A stretch of 64,000 nt of DNA from an uncultured Chloroflexia bacterium (GTDB lineage Bacteria > Chloroflexota > Limnocylindria > Limnocylindrales > CSP1-4). The translations under genes were made by a program, and so were the position numbers. Location: contig OY970218.1 in the NCBI GenBank assembly GCA_963713975.1, forward strand, positions 192,001 through 256,000. Direction: 5' to 3'. Shown here piece after piece: positions 1 through 10,134 of this stretch. The notes under the pieces are model-generated. The model worked only from the letters and a program-made list of their open reading frames with translations. It did not search any database and had not been told where the DNA came from. Position 1 is the stretch's first letter, and every line of letters begins with the position of its first letter.

Positions 1-856
1 CGAGGCTCTTGGAACCTACGGGAGCCTGTACGCCTCCGAGCAGGGCCTCAAGAAGATCGTGATCTTCGCCACGCAGGTCGAAGGCTTCCAGCTGGCTGCC
101 GACGCGGCCGAGGAGGCCGCCGGTCTCCTGGGGCTCGACGTGCTGGCCCGCCTTGACGTGCAGCCGTCGCAGCCCTCCTACCGCGCGGAAGCCCAGAAGA
201 TCGCCGACCTCAAGCCCGACGCGGTCATCGTCCAGGCCGGCTCTGTCGAGTCTGCCGCGATCATCAAGGGTGCCGCCGAAGCCGGCCTGTCGCTCAACTG
301 GATCGGTGAGACCGGGTGGGCAGAGGCCGAGTTCATCGGGACGCTCGGAACCGATCCGATCGCCTCGCAGAAGGGCATCGGCTTCCCTTCCTTCGCACCC
401 GACAAGTCAACCCCGGCCTGGGAGTTCTTCCAGCCGCTGTGGGACGCACAGGCCGACAAGGCCTACGACGCAACCGGCCAGTACGCGTTCTCGACCTATG
501 ACCTCATGGTCCAGACGGCCTTGGCCGTCGAGGCCGCGGGCTCGTACAAGGCAAGCGACTGGGCGAAGGCTATGTTCGAGGTCGGCGAGAGCGGCGAGGT
601 GTGCTACACGTACGCCGACTGCATCAAGCTGATCCGTGAAGGCAAGGACATCGACTACGAGGGCGTGACCGGCCCCGGGCTGTACACGGACGGCGGCGTC
701 AATGCCGTGACCCCCGCGTACATGCCGTTCGCCGCGGACGGGACCACCGGCGAGCCGGTGCTCCTCGATGCCGAGAAGGGACTCGAGATCCTCGACCAGG
801 TCGTGACCAAGGCGACCTGCGACCCGGAGAACCCGCCCAACGAGTGCAAGTGGTAG
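1..856 (+). CDS. ABC transporter substrate-binding protein (LivJ/branched-chain type I fold), 5' partial
   Basis: Frame open from window start; PSYRAEAQKIADLKPDAV and IDYEGVTG motifs typical of LivJ-like binding proteins. Confidence 0.8.
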   Translation, partial: EALGTYGSLYASEQGLKKIVIFATQVEGFQLAADAAEEAAGLLGLDVLARLDVQPSQPSYRAEAQKIADLKPDAVIVQAGSVESAAIIKGAAEAGLSLNWIGETGWAEAEFIGTLGTDPIASQKGIGFPSFAPDKSTPAWEFFQPLWDAQADKAYDATGQYAFSTYDLMVQTALAVEAAGSYKASDWAKAMFEVGESGEVCYTYADCIKLIREGKDIDYEGVTGPGLYTDGGVNAVTPAYMPFAADGTTGEPVLLDAEKGLEILDQVVTKATCDPENPPNECKW

Positions 857-882
857 CCGCCTGACCCCGTCAGACGCGGCCC

Positions 883-919
883 AGGGGGCCCTCACGCCGA
901 CAGGCGGAGGGCCCCCTTT
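883..919 (+). terminator. Intrinsic terminator-like hairpin
   Basis: agggggccctc / gagggccccct 11-bp stem followed by a short T run, 27 bp after the stop. Confidence 0.7.
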
Positions 920-1003
920 CCGCGCCCGGCAAATCGCATTGCCCGCGATTGGCCGAGGCCACGGCAGATCCGGCCCGAATCCCTCGAAGTTCCCGGTTCC
1001 GCC

Positions 1004-1044
1004 TTGACCCTGCCGTCGCCGACCCGTATTATCGATTATCGATT
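1004..1044 (+). promoter_or_regulatory. Sigma70 promoter with overlapping probable GntR operator
   Basis: TTGACC(1004)-17 bp-TATTAT(1027), overlapped by TATCGATTATCGATT (tandem ATCGAT). Confidence 0.7.
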
Positions 1045-1093
1045 GTCATCGCTGGTGTCGACTCCAGCGGCCCGCACGCCAGAGGTGCGCATC

Positions 1094-1462
1094 ATGATCA
1101 AGCGGATCGCCCGCGAGGACGCGGAGATCGTCCCCCTCCCCGGCAGGACCTGGCACTCGTACTTCGGTCCCAAGGATGACGTCTCGAGCCTGATCTCCCT
1201 GGGTGTCTCGCTGTTTCCCCCGGGCTCCCGGCCCGAGGGACACGTCCATCTCGCCGAGGAGGAGACGATCTACTGTGCCGCCGGCCGCGGCCGCATCGTG
1301 ACCCCGGATGCCGTCGCCGAGGTCTGGCCTGGCGTCGTCGTGCACGTGTCGCCGGGTACTCCCCACGCCACCGAGTCGGACGGCCCCGAGATGCTCGAGC
1401 TCATCTGCATCTTCACACCGCCGGTGGTCTCCGGGTCGTACGAGAAGAAGGATCCGCAATGA
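1094..1462 (+). CDS. Cupin domain protein
   Basis: HxH...EE and PGTPH cupin metal motifs; ATG 1094 with GAGG RBS. Confidence 0.85.
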   Translation: MIKRIAREDAEIVPLPGRTWHSYFGPKDDVSSLISLGVSLFPPGSRPEGHVHLAEEETIYCAAGRGRIVTPDAVAEVWPGVVVHVSPGTPHATESDGPEMLELICIFTPPVVSGSYEKKDPQ

Positions 1463-2355
1463 GCGCGATGACGATCGAGCCCTCCGCAGCACCCGCGGAT
1501 CTCGACGGGCTGCGAGAGGCCGCCCGCAGGATTCGGGTCGAGGTCATCCGGGCGGTCTACCACGCCCGGGCCGGCCATCTTGGCGGCCCGCTCTCCGCCG
1601 CCGACTTCCTCGCGGCCCTCTACTTCCATGAGCTCCGGATCCGGCCCGACGAGCCGTCGTGGTCAGACCGCGACCGTTTCGTCCTGTCCAAGGGACACTC
1701 CTCTATCGGCCTGTACGCGGCGATGGCGCTGCGTGGCTACTTCCCGATCCCCGAGCTGCTCACCTTCGACGGCGCCCACTCACGGCTCCAGGGCCACCCG
1801 GATATGACCCGGTTGCCGGGCCTGGACATGTCGACGGGCTCGCTCGGGATGGGCATCTCGGCGGCGATGGGGATGGCGCTCGGCGCCCGCCTGACGGGCA
1901 AGGACGTCCGCGCCTTCGTGATGCTGGGCGACGGCGAGTGCCAGGAGGGCGAGGTCTGGGAGGCAGCCAACGCCGCGCCCCACTACGGGCTCGACAACCT
2001 GGTTGCGATCATCGACCACAACAAGCTCCAGCAGTACGGCTGGCCGGGCGACGGGCCCGACGGCCGCATCGCGCCGCAGGGGGCCGGAGAGATGGTGGCC
2101 AAGTGGACTGCCTTCGGCTGGCGCGTGATCGAGGTGGACGGCCACGACATGGCTGCCATCGTCGACGTCCTGGGCCAGATTCGCGTCGGGGACGGCCGTC
2201 CCGTGGCGATCGTGTCCAACACCGTCAAGGGCAAGGGCGTGTCCTACATGGAGGGTCGCTACTACTGGCACACCCGCGCGATCACACCCGAGGAGTACGC
2301 CATCGCGATGCGCGACCTGGGCGAGCCGGAGCCGGCGGAAGGAGCAGCGCGATGA
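1459..2355 (+). CDS. Transketolase, N-terminal (TPP-binding) subunit
   Basis: DRFVLSKGH, STGSLGMG, GDGECQEG motifs; ATGA overlap with cupin. Confidence 0.95.
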   Translation: MSAMTIEPSAAPADLDGLREAARRIRVEVIRAVYHARAGHLGGPLSAADFLAALYFHELRIRPDEPSWSDRDRFVLSKGHSSIGLYAAMALRGYFPIPELLTFDGAHSRLQGHPDMTRLPGLDMSTGSLGMGISAAMGMALGARLTGKDVRAFVMLGDGECQEGEVWEAANAAPHYGLDNLVAIIDHNKLQQYGWPGDGPDGRIAPQGAGEMVAKWTAFGWRVIEVDGHDMAAIVDVLGQIRVGDGRPVAIVSNTVKGKGVSYMEGRYYWHTRAITPEEYAIAMRDLGEPEPAEGAAR

Positions 2356-3296
2356 CGCTCGAGATGGGCCGTCCCCAGCGCGTGATCTTTGGCGAGACGG
2401 TCGCCGACCTGGCGGCAACCGACCCGCGGGTCTACGTCCTGGACGGGGACGTCGGCTCGTCAACCCGTGCCGACATCGTGGAGAAGGCCCACCCGGACCG
2501 GTACCTGCAGATGGGGATCGCCGAGCAGAACATGCTGGGCGTGGCCGCCGGGATGGCGACGATGGGGCTGGTGCCGTTCATCAGCACCTTCGTGTCGTTT
2601 GCCGTGGTGCGACCGCTGGACCAGGTCCGGGTGCTGATCGCCCAGACCGGCGCCAACGTGAAGATCACGCCGAGCTACGGCGGACTGTTCACCGGCCAGA
2701 CCGGGATGAGCCACATCATCGTGGACGACTACGCGATCATGCGCGCGATGCCGGGCATGGTGACGGTGTCGCCATGCGATGACACCGAGGCCGCCGAGGC
2801 GCTCCGCTGGGCGGCCGCGTTCGAGGGCCCGTGCTACATCCGGCTCGGCCGCGACGCCACGCCCCGCGTGTTCGGCGAGGACCATACGTTCGTGATGGGC
2901 AAGGCAGAGATCGTCCGCGAGGGCGGCGACGTGACGCTGGTCTCCACGGGCGCCCAGACGGCCCGGACCCTCCAGGCCGCGGATCTCCTCGCTGCCGGAG
3001 GCATCGAGGCCCACGTGCTCCACGTGGCCACGCTCAAGCCGCTCGACGTGGAGGCGATCGTCGCCGCCGCGGAGCACACGGGGCGTGTGATCACGGTCGA
3101 GGAGGGCACGGTGATCGGTGGGCTCGGCTCCGCCGTGACCGAGGCGCTCGGGGAGCACCGGCCCACGCGGGTCCACCGGATCGGCCTGCAGGACGTGTTC
3201 GTGCAGTCCGGCCCGAACGACGCGCTGCTCGACATCTACGGGCTATCGGCGGCGCGCGTCGCGGAGCAGGTCCAGGCGATCCTCGCAGGTTCGTGA
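2352..3296 (+). CDS. Transketolase, C-terminal subunit
   Basis: GIAEQNM, YIRLGR, GGLGSAV motifs; ATGA overlap, GGAG RBS. Confidence 0.95.
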   Translation: MTLEMGRPQRVIFGETVADLAATDPRVYVLDGDVGSSTRADIVEKAHPDRYLQMGIAEQNMLGVAAGMATMGLVPFISTFVSFAVVRPLDQVRVLIAQTGANVKITPSYGGLFTGQTGMSHIIVDDYAIMRAMPGMVTVSPCDDTEAAEALRWAAAFEGPCYIRLGRDATPRVFGEDHTFVMGKAEIVREGGDVTLVSTGAQTARTLQAADLLAAGGIEAHVLHVATLKPLDVEAIVAAAEHTGRVITVEEGTVIGGLGSAVTEALGEHRPTRVHRIGLQDVFVQSGPNDALLDIYGLSAARVAEQVQAILAGS

Positions 3297-3305
3297 GCGG
3301 ACCCG

Positions 3306-3977
3306 TCAGCGGGTGGCCCGACGCTCGAGCCACCCGCTCGCAAGATGCTCCGAGGCCTCGCTGAAGTGACGCCGCAGCGCCGCCTCGACGGCCACGGCAT
3401 CGCGCGCCTGGAGCGCGCGCAGGATCGGCGGGTGGAGGGCCGCCGTCCACTCGGCGTCGGCCCCGGGGGAGACGAGCGTGATATAGGTCCTCGAGAAGGG
3501 CTGCAGGGCGTTCCACACCCGCTCCAGGGTGGCGTTGTGGGCGAGGTGCATCAGGCAGGCGTGGAACGCCGCGTCCTTGACTGCGACCTCGTGCCGGTCC
3601 CCTGCCAGGGCGGCCCGCTGCATCGCCTCGTGGAGCGTCTCCAGCTCGGCCAGGTCAGCATCGGTCATCGACGGGACGGCGAGCCGCGCGCCCAGCGACT
3701 CGAGCTCGGCACGAACCGCGTACGCCTCCAGCAGCTCCTCGAGGGTCGGGCGCTTGACCCTCGCGCCGCGGAACGGAAGGATCTCGACCACACCCAGCGC
3801 CTCGAGCCCCCGCAGTGCCTCGCGGATCGGCGCCTGGCTCGTCCCGAACTCGCGGGCGACGCGGGTCTCCACGATCCTCGTGTCGGGTGGATACCTTCCC
3901 GAGAGGATGGCCTGCAGCAGGCGGTCTTTCACCTGGTCGGCAAGGACGCTGCGCGAGATGGAGCCGGCGTCGGTCAT
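3306..3977 (-). CDS. GntR/FCD family transcriptional regulator
   Basis: N-terminal HTH (GTSQAPIREAL), FCD DAAFH and N/H motifs; ATG 3977. Confidence 0.9.
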   Translation of the reverse strand: MTDAGSISRSVLADQVKDRLLQAILSGRYPPDTRIVETRVAREFGTSQAPIREALRGLEALGVVEILPFRGARVKRPTLEELLEAYAVRAELESLGARLAVPSMTDADLAELETLHEAMQRAALAGDRHEVAVKDAAFHACLMHLAHNATLERVWNALQPFSRTYITLVSPGADAEWTAALHPPILRALQARDAVAVEAALRRHFSEASEHLASGWLERRATR

Positions 3978-4080
3978 CGGGGTCCCTTGGGCATTGGGCA
4001 ACTCGAAGTCTAGCGCGACGATCGCGCTTCCCACTGCTGCGGCCGCGCATGCCGCCGATCACATGCCGGAGGAGGCTCGC

Positions 4081-5292
4081 ATGCCAGGCACGATCCTCGT
4101 CATCGGGACGCTCGACACGAAGGCCGAGGAGTTCGCCTACATCCGTGACCTCATCGTAGCGCGGGGCCATGACGTCCTCCTGCTCGATGCCGGCGTCGGA
4201 GAGCCGCTGCTCGTCCCCGACGTCGGTGCGGGCCGTGTCGCGGAGGCGGGCGGCGGCTCGATCGAGGACCTGCGGGCCACCCACGACCGGGCCACCGCGC
4301 TCGAGGTCATGTGCAATGGGGCGAGGGTCGTGGCCCTGGAGCTGCTGGCCGATGGCCGGTTTGACGGCGTGATCGGCATGGGCGGTTCGGGCGGGACGGC
4401 GATCGGGACCGCCGCCATGAAGGCGCTGCCCATCGGGTTGCCCAAGGTCATGGTCTCGACCATGGCCTCCGGCGATGTCTCCGGGTACGTGGACGTCAGG
4501 GACATCACGATGATGTACTCGGTCGTCGATTTCGCCGGGCTGAACCGCCTGTCGCGGCGGATCCTCGCCAATGCCGCGGGCGCCGTCTGCGGGATGGTGG
4601 AGCAGGAGATCCCGCCGGCTGCCGAGCGACCGCTGCTCGGGGCGACGATGTTCGGCGTCACGACCCCTTGTGTCACGCGGATCCGGGAGGCCCTCGAGGG
4701 CGCCGGCTACGAGGTCCTCGTATTCCATGCCACCGGCAGTGGTGGGCGCGCAATGGAGGCCCTGATCGCCGACGGCTTCATCGCCGGCGTCGCCGATGTC
4801 ACCACCACGGAGTGGTGTGACGAGGTGGTTGGGGGCGTGCTGTCCGCCGGACCGGACCGCCTGGGGGCGGCCGCCAGGGCCGGGATCCCCCAAGTCGTCT
4901 CGGTTGGCGCGCTCGACATGGTCAACTTCGGCGCGGCCGACACCGTGCCACCGCGGTTCCAGGACCGAAACCTCTACCGGCACAACCCCCAGGTCACGCT
5001 GATGCGGACGACACCCGGGGAGTGCGCCGAGATCGGCCGCGCGATCGCGGCCAGGCTGAACGCCGCCACCGGCCCGACCACCCTGTTCCTGCCGCTGCGG
5101 GGCGTGAGCATGATCGACGCCGAGGGGATGCCGTTCTGGTCGCCCGGGGCCGATGCCGCCCTGTTCGACGCCATCCACGCCACCATCGACCCAACGCGTG
5201 TCGAGCTGGTCGAGCTCGACCTGCACATCAATGACCCGGCATTCGCCGATGCCATGGCCGATCGCCTCCTGGCGATGCTGGCAGCGCGCTGA
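4081..5292 (+). CDS. Tm-1-like ATP-binding protein (UPF0261)
   Basis: [44 protein letters not shown] motifs; GGAGG RBS. Confidence 0.9.
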   Translation: MPGTILVIGTLDTKAEEFAYIRDLIVARGHDVLLLDAGVGEPLLVPDVGAGRVAEAGGGSIEDLRATHDRATALEVMCNGARVVALELLADGRFDGVIGMGGSGGTAIGTAAMKALPIGLPKVMVSTMASGDVSGYVDVRDITMMYSVVDFAGLNRLSRRILANAAGAVCGMVEQEIPPAAERPLLGATMFGVTTPCVTRIREALEGAGYEVLVFHATGSGGRAMEALIADGFIAGVADVTTTEWCDEVVGGVLSAGPDRLGAAARAGIPQVVSVGALDMVNFGAADTVPPRFQDRNLYRHNPQVTLMRTTPGECAEIGRAIAARLNAATGPTTLFLPLRGVSMIDAEGMPFWSPGADAALFDAIHATIDPTRVELVELDLHINDPAFADAMADRLLAMLAAR

Positions 5293-5315
5293 CCGACCCC
5301 GAAAGGAGCTCACCC

Positions 5316-6152
5316 ATGCCGTTCATTCCGCGAGCCGAGGTGACCAGCCGCCTCCGTGCCCAGGTGGAGGCGGGCATCCCGATCGTCGGCTGCGGCGCCG
5401 GCACGGGCATCTCGGCCAAGATGGCCGAGGCCGGCGGCGCCGATCTCGTGATCATCTACAACTCGGGCCGCTACCGGATGGCCGGACGGGGCTCCCTCGC
5501 GGGGATGCTGGCCTACGGCGATGCCAACGGGATCGTGGTGGAGATGGCCTCCGAGGTCCTGCCCGTCGTGAAGGACACGCCGGTGCTCGCCGGGATCAAC
5601 GGGACCGACCCGTTCCGCCTGATGCCGGTCTTCCTGCGGCAGCTCAAGGAGATGGGCTTCGACGGTGTCCAGAACTTCCCCACCGTGGGCCTCATCGACG
5701 GCGAGTTCAGAAAGAACCTCGAGGCCACCGGGATGGGCTACGACAAGGAGATCGAGGCCATCCACATGGCGTCGGAGCTCGACCTGTTCTGCTCGCCCTA
5801 CGTCTTCGACCCGGACCAGGCGGCCGAGATGGCCAGAGCCGGTGCCGACCAGCTCGTCGCCCACGTCGGGCTGACCACCGCGGGCTTGATCGGGGCGGGC
5901 GTGGCGCTCACGCTGGACGAGGTGATCGACAGGGTGATGGCGATCGCCGAGGCGGGGCGCAGCGTCCGCGAGGACATCATCGTCCTGTGCCATGGCGGCC
6001 CACTCGACGAGCCCGAGCAGGTGGGCAGGGCGCTCCTCCGGATGCCCGGCGTGCATGGCTTCTTCGGCGCCTCGAGCATCGAGCGTCTGCCCACAGAGCG
6101 CGCGATCCGGGGCCAGGTCGAGGAGTTCAAGCGGCTCGCCGTCGCGGGCTGA
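5316..6152 (+). CDS. Phosphoenolpyruvate hydrolase-like TIM-barrel protein
   Basis: [47 protein letters not shown] motifs. Confidence 0.9.
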   Translation: MPFIPRAEVTSRLRAQVEAGIPIVGCGAGTGISAKMAEAGGADLVIIYNSGRYRMAGRGSLAGMLAYGDANGIVVEMASEVLPVVKDTPVLAGINGTDPFRLMPVFLRQLKEMGFDGVQNFPTVGLIDGEFRKNLEATGMGYDKEIEAIHMASELDLFCSPYVFDPDQAAEMARAGADQLVAHVGLTTAGLIGAGVALTLDEVIDRVMAIAEAGRSVREDIIVLCHGGPLDEPEQVGRALLRMPGVHGFFGASSIERLPTERAIRGQVEEFKRLAVAG

Positions 6153-6203
6153 GCGTTCGCCCGTCCGGTGGGGGCACACCCCGCCGCCAGCCGGCGACCG
6201 GGC

Positions 6204-7160
6204 CTACGGTGTCGTGCCCGACCCTGATGGAGCATGAGCCGGGACCCAGGCATCGACGATCGCGGGCAGGCTCGCGTCGAGACGCCGGATCTCCTCCGCG
6301 GTGATCGGCGCGTCGGCGATGGCGCGCGGTGCCGCCGGCTGGGCGAGGAAGGCCGCCTCGGCGAGGTCTCGTCCCGGCTCGAGTCGTGCGAGCGTGACCT
6401 GCTGGGCCCGCCAGGTGTCGAGGTTCAGCGTGCGCCCGCCGTGGCCGAGGGTGGGTCGCTCCACCGGTGTGTGTCCGAAGACGACGCGGCCGATCCCCGC
6501 TTCCCGATATGTGGTCCAGGCGTCCGCCTCCGGGAAGGGGTCGGGTGAGGCGAAGAACGAGTCCCGGATCCACAGGCGGTCGGCGCTCCGCTCGAACCGG
6601 TCAAGCTCCTGGAACGGGACCGGGCCGCCATGGACGAACAGCACGTCACCCCAGCAGGCGTACGGCGCGAACGTCCACAGGGCGGGGACCAGGTCGGGAG
6701 CGAGCTCGTCCACTCGGGTCGCGATCTCGCGGGACGATCGTCCCTCCCACTCGTCGGGACGCAGGCCGGCCGAGAGCAGCGTTGCCCCACCGCCGAACGC
6801 CATAAGCGCCCGGAAGATGTCGGGCTCGCCACCGAGGCCGCCCAGGACCTGCATCTCGTGGTTGCCCTCGAGCAGCGCGACCAGCCCTCCGGCCCCTTCG
6901 GCCTGTGCCCGGAGTGATGCCAGGCGCCGCACCAGCCCAACGGAGTCCGGACCCCGGTCCACGATGTCGCCGGTCACGACGAGAGCCGTCCCGGCAGGAG
7001 CCGTCCATCGGTCGGCGCCATCTGTCAGCCCCGCCTCGCACAGCAGCCGGTCGACGGCGCCCAGCTGGCCGTGCAGGTCGCTGGCGGCCCAGACCGTGAA
7101 CTCGGCCGGGACCTGGATCGGCGGGACGTCGGGGGCAGCCATGGACGGCGAGGCTACCAC
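6204..7160 (-). CDS. Calcineurin-like metallophosphoesterase
   Basis: SDLHG, GDIVDRG, GNHE, VHGG, FGHT motifs. Confidence 0.9.
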   Translation of the reverse strand: MVASPSMAAPDVPPIQVPAEFTVWAASDLHGQLGAVDRLLCEAGLTDGADRWTAPAGTALVVTGDIVDRGPDSVGLVRRLASLRAQAEGAGGLVALLEGNHEMQVLGGLGGEPDIFRALMAFGGGATLLSAGLRPDEWEGRSSREIATRVDELAPDLVPALWTFAPYACWGDVLFVHGGPVPFQELDRFERSADRLWIRDSFFASPDPFPEADAWTTYREAGIGRVVFGHTPVERPTLGHGGRTLNLDTWRAQQVTLARLEPGRDLAEAAFLAQPAAPRAIADAPITAEEIRRLDASLPAIVDAWVPAHAPSGSGTTP

Positions 7161-7172
7161 GCCCCGCGCCGG

Positions 7173-10082
7173 TCAGGCCCCGGTGTCCAGCTCAGGCCCC
7201 GCATCCAGGCGGTCGGCCAACACCTCCGCCAGGTGACGCGCGCGACGGCCGTCCAGGAAGCCGATCTGGGTCCGGCACGAGAAGCCGTCTGCCAGCACCT
7301 CGGCGTCCTGAGGGGCCGCACGGAGCGCGGGCAGCAGGACCAGCTCCGCCACGTCACGCGATATCTGCTCGTGCCCTGCCTCGGCGCCGAAGTTCCCGGC
7401 CAGGCCGCAGCAGCCCTGCAGCATCGTCGGCGTGATGCCGGCAGCATCCATGACACGGCGGTCGGCCCCGGTCCCCAGCACGGCCTGCTGGTGGCAGTGG
7501 GGCTGGACCAGGACGTCGACCGCCGGTCCGGCCGGGGGCACCCAGCCCGCGCCGTCGAGGAGCTCAGCGAGGGTGGTGACGCGGCGTGCCACCGATGCCG
7601 CGCGCGGGTCGTCTGGGAGCAGCTCGCGGAGATCGTGACGGAGCGTCGTGGCACAGGACGGCTCAAGCACCAGGATCGGCTCGTCGCCGGCCAGCTCCGG
7701 GGCGGCGAGCGTGCGACGGACCTCGGCGCGGGCACGGTCCAGCTGGCCGGTCGTGACCCAGGTCAGGCCGCAGCAGACGGTCGCGCGTGGCACGACAGCC
7801 TCGAACCCGGCCGCGGCGAGCACCCGCAGCGCCGCGTGGCCGACCTCGGGCGCGAGGTGGTTGGTGAAGGTGTCCGGCCAGACGATCACCCTCGGTGAGG
7901 CGTCGACGGCCGGGGGCGCAGGCGGGTGAACGGGCTCCCGGGCGGCGGCCACGAACGACGTCCGGGCGATGGGCGGGATGCGCCGCTCGCCCGCGATCCC
8001 CAGGACCAGCGCCAGCGCCCGCCTTGTGGGCGCGAACCCCATGACCGCGTTGGCCAGGCGGGGACCGGCCGGGATCCTGCGCAGGAGCCGCAGCCACTGC
8101 GGCAGGCGGCCCAGCGAGTAGTGGGCGCGGGGGCGAAGCCGGCCACGGTAATGGTGGTCCAGGAACTCGGCCTTGTACGCGGTCATGTCCACGCCGGTGG
8201 GGCACTCGGAGAGGCAGGCACGACAGCCGAGACACAGGTCCAGCGCTTCGCACACGTCCGTGGAGGCCCAGCCCTCGTCTGCGAGCGACCCCGCGGCCAT
8301 CTCCTGCAGCAGCCGTGCCCGGCCGCGCGTGGAGTGGGCCTCCTCCCCGGTCGCCCGGTAGCTCGGGCACATGGCGGCGCCACCCTGGCGCGAGATGCAC
8401 TTCCCCACCCCGATGCAGCGCTCGACGGCCTGGCGGAGGTCGCCACCGTCCGCCTCGTGCGCGAGGGCGGGCTCCAGCGCGATCAGGGTGGGTCTCGGAC
8501 GGCGCAGGTCCTGCGTGAGCGGGAGCGGGTCCACCACGATCCCCGGGTTGAGCATGTTGGCCGGGTCCCAGGCGGTCTTCCAGGCACGGAACGCATCCAG
8601 CAGGGCGGGCGAGAACTGGCGGTCGAGCAAGGCGCCCCGCGCCCGGCCATCCCCGTGCTCGCCGGACAGGCTGCCGCCGTGGGCCACCACGAGGTCCGCG
8701 GCCGCGGTCATGAACGTCGCGAGCCTGACCGCACCACCCGGGAGATCCAGCCCGAAGCCGACACGGAGGTGGATGCACCCCTCGCCGAAGTGGCCGTACG
8801 TGATCCCGGACAGGTCCTGGTCCCGGAGCAGGGCGCGCAGCTCCCCGAGGTACGCGGCGAGCCGGTCGGGCGGGACGGCGCCGTCCTCGAACCCCGGCCA
8901 GGCGGGTGAGCCATCGGGCAGTCTCGCCGACCGCCCTGCTCCGTCCTCCCGGACGCGCCACAGGATCGATTGGGCCGCCGGGTCCTCCAGCAGGACGGCG
9001 TCACGGGCGCCCACGCGCGTGCCGGCCGCGGCGGCCAGGCGCGCGGCGTGGTCGGCCATCTCGGGCGCCGTCTCGCCGCCTGCCTCCACCAGCAGCCAGG
9101 CCCCGCCGGGTGGCAGCAGGCCCGGGTCCCGCCACCCGGTCAGCAGGTCCGCGGCCAGGCTCTCGACGGTGAACGGGCGCTCGGGGAGCAGGGCCGTCAC
9201 GATCGTGGCCGCGGCGATGTCGTCAGTGAAGGCGATGACCAGCAGTCCCCGGACCTCGGGCGGACGGACCAGCCGGATCGTCGCGGCGGACACGACCGCG
9301 CAGGTGCCCTCGGTCCCGACGAGGGTCCGCGCGACGTCGCTGCCACGCTCGGGGAGCAGCCAGTCCAGCGAGTAGCCCGAGACGCGACGCGGCCATGAGG
9401 TGAGCTCGCGACGGATGACGTCGCCGTGGCCCGCCAGGAGCTCGGCGATCCGTGCTTCGGTGCCCGCGCCAAGGCGCGGGGCCGTGCCGGCCGCCCCGTC
9501 CAGCGAGCCCACGGCGTGCCGCGACCCGGCGGCCGTGATGACCTCGAGACCGAGCGTGTTCTCCGCCGTCGTCCCCCACCGGACCGACCTCGATCCGCAC
9601 GCGTTGTTGCCGATCATCCCGCCGACCGTGCACCGGCTGTGCGTGGACGGGTCCGGGCCCACCCGCAGCCCGTGGACGGCCGCTGCCCGGTTGACGTCGT
9701 CGAGGACAGTGCCCGGGAGCACGGTGGCGACCATGGCGTCCGGGTCCAGGGACAGGATCCCCGCCAGATGACGCGAGAGGTCCACGACCAGCCCTGAGCC
9801 GATGGCATTGCCGGCGATGCTGGTCCCTGCGCCGCGCATGGTGAGCGGGACGCCGGCCTCGGCCGCGAGCGCCACCACCAGTGCCAGGTCGTCACGGTCA
9901 CGGGGCGCCACCACGGCCGCAGGCAGCACCCGGTAGTTCGAGGCGTCGGACGCGTACAGGGCCCGGGTGCCGGGATCGGAGGCCACGAGCCCGCGCGAGA
10001 GCGCCCGCAGGCGCGCGAGCAGGTCAGGGATGGCCGCGGCGTGGCCGGGTTCGGTGTGTGCTGGCTCGGCAGTGGCAGTGAT
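7173..10082 (-). CDS. FAD-binding, (Fe-S)-binding oxidoreductase (GlcD/YdiJ-like with CCG domains)
   Basis: YASDASNY, GAGTSIAG, SGEHGDG, CIGVGKC, CLGCRAC...CP, CCG motifs; first canonical start is GTG 9986 but probable start is ATC 10082. Confidence 0.9.
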   Translation of the reverse strand: MTATAEPAHTEPGHAAAIPDLLARLRALSRGLVASDPGTRALYASDASNYRVLPAAVVAPRDRDDLALVVALAAEAGVPLTMRGAGTSIAGNAIGSGLVVDLSRHLAGILSLDPDAMVATVLPGTVLDDVNRAAAVHGLRVGPDPSTHSRCTVGGMIGNNACGSRSVRWGTTAENTLGLEVITAAGSRHAVGSLDGAAGTAPRLGAGTEARIAELLAGHGDVIRRELTSWPRRVSGYSLDWLLPERGSDVARTLVGTEGTCAVVSAATIRLVRPPEVRGLLVIAFTDDIAAATIVTALLPERPFTVESLAADLLTGWRDPGLLPPGGAWLLVEAGGETAPEMADHAARLAAAAGTRVGARDAVLLEDPAAQSILWRVREDGAGRSARLPDGSPAWPGFEDGAVPPDRLAAYLGELRALLRDQDLSGITYGHFGEGCIHLRVGFGLDLPGGAVRLATFMTAAADLVVAHGGSLSGEHGDGRARGALLDRQFSPALLDAFRAWKTAWDPANMLNPGIVVDPLPLTQDLRRPRPTLIALEPALAHEADGGDLRQAVERCIGVGKCISRQGGAAMCPSYRATGEEAHSTRGRARLLQEMAAGSLADEGWASTDVCEALDLCLGCRACLSECPTGVDMTAYKAEFLDHHYRGRLRPRAHYSLGRLPQWLRLLRRIPAGPRLANAVMGFAPTRRALALVLGIAGERRIPPIARTSFVAAAREPVHPPAPPAVDASPRVIVWPDTFTNHLAPEVGHAALRVLAAAGFEAVVPRATVCCGLTWVTTGQLDRARAEVRRTLAAPELAGDEPILVLEPSCATTLRHDLRELLPDDPRAASVARRVTTLAELLDGAGWVPPAGPAVDVLVQPHCHQQAVLGTGADRRVMDAAGITPTMLQGCCGLAGNFGAEAGHEQISRDVAELVLLPALRAAPQDAEVLADGFSCRTQIGFLDGRRARHLAEVLADRLDAGPELDTGA

Positions 10083-10134
10083 CGGACAAGACTCCGGACG
10101 GACGGCGCGAGTGCGCCTTGCCTAGGGTACGGGT

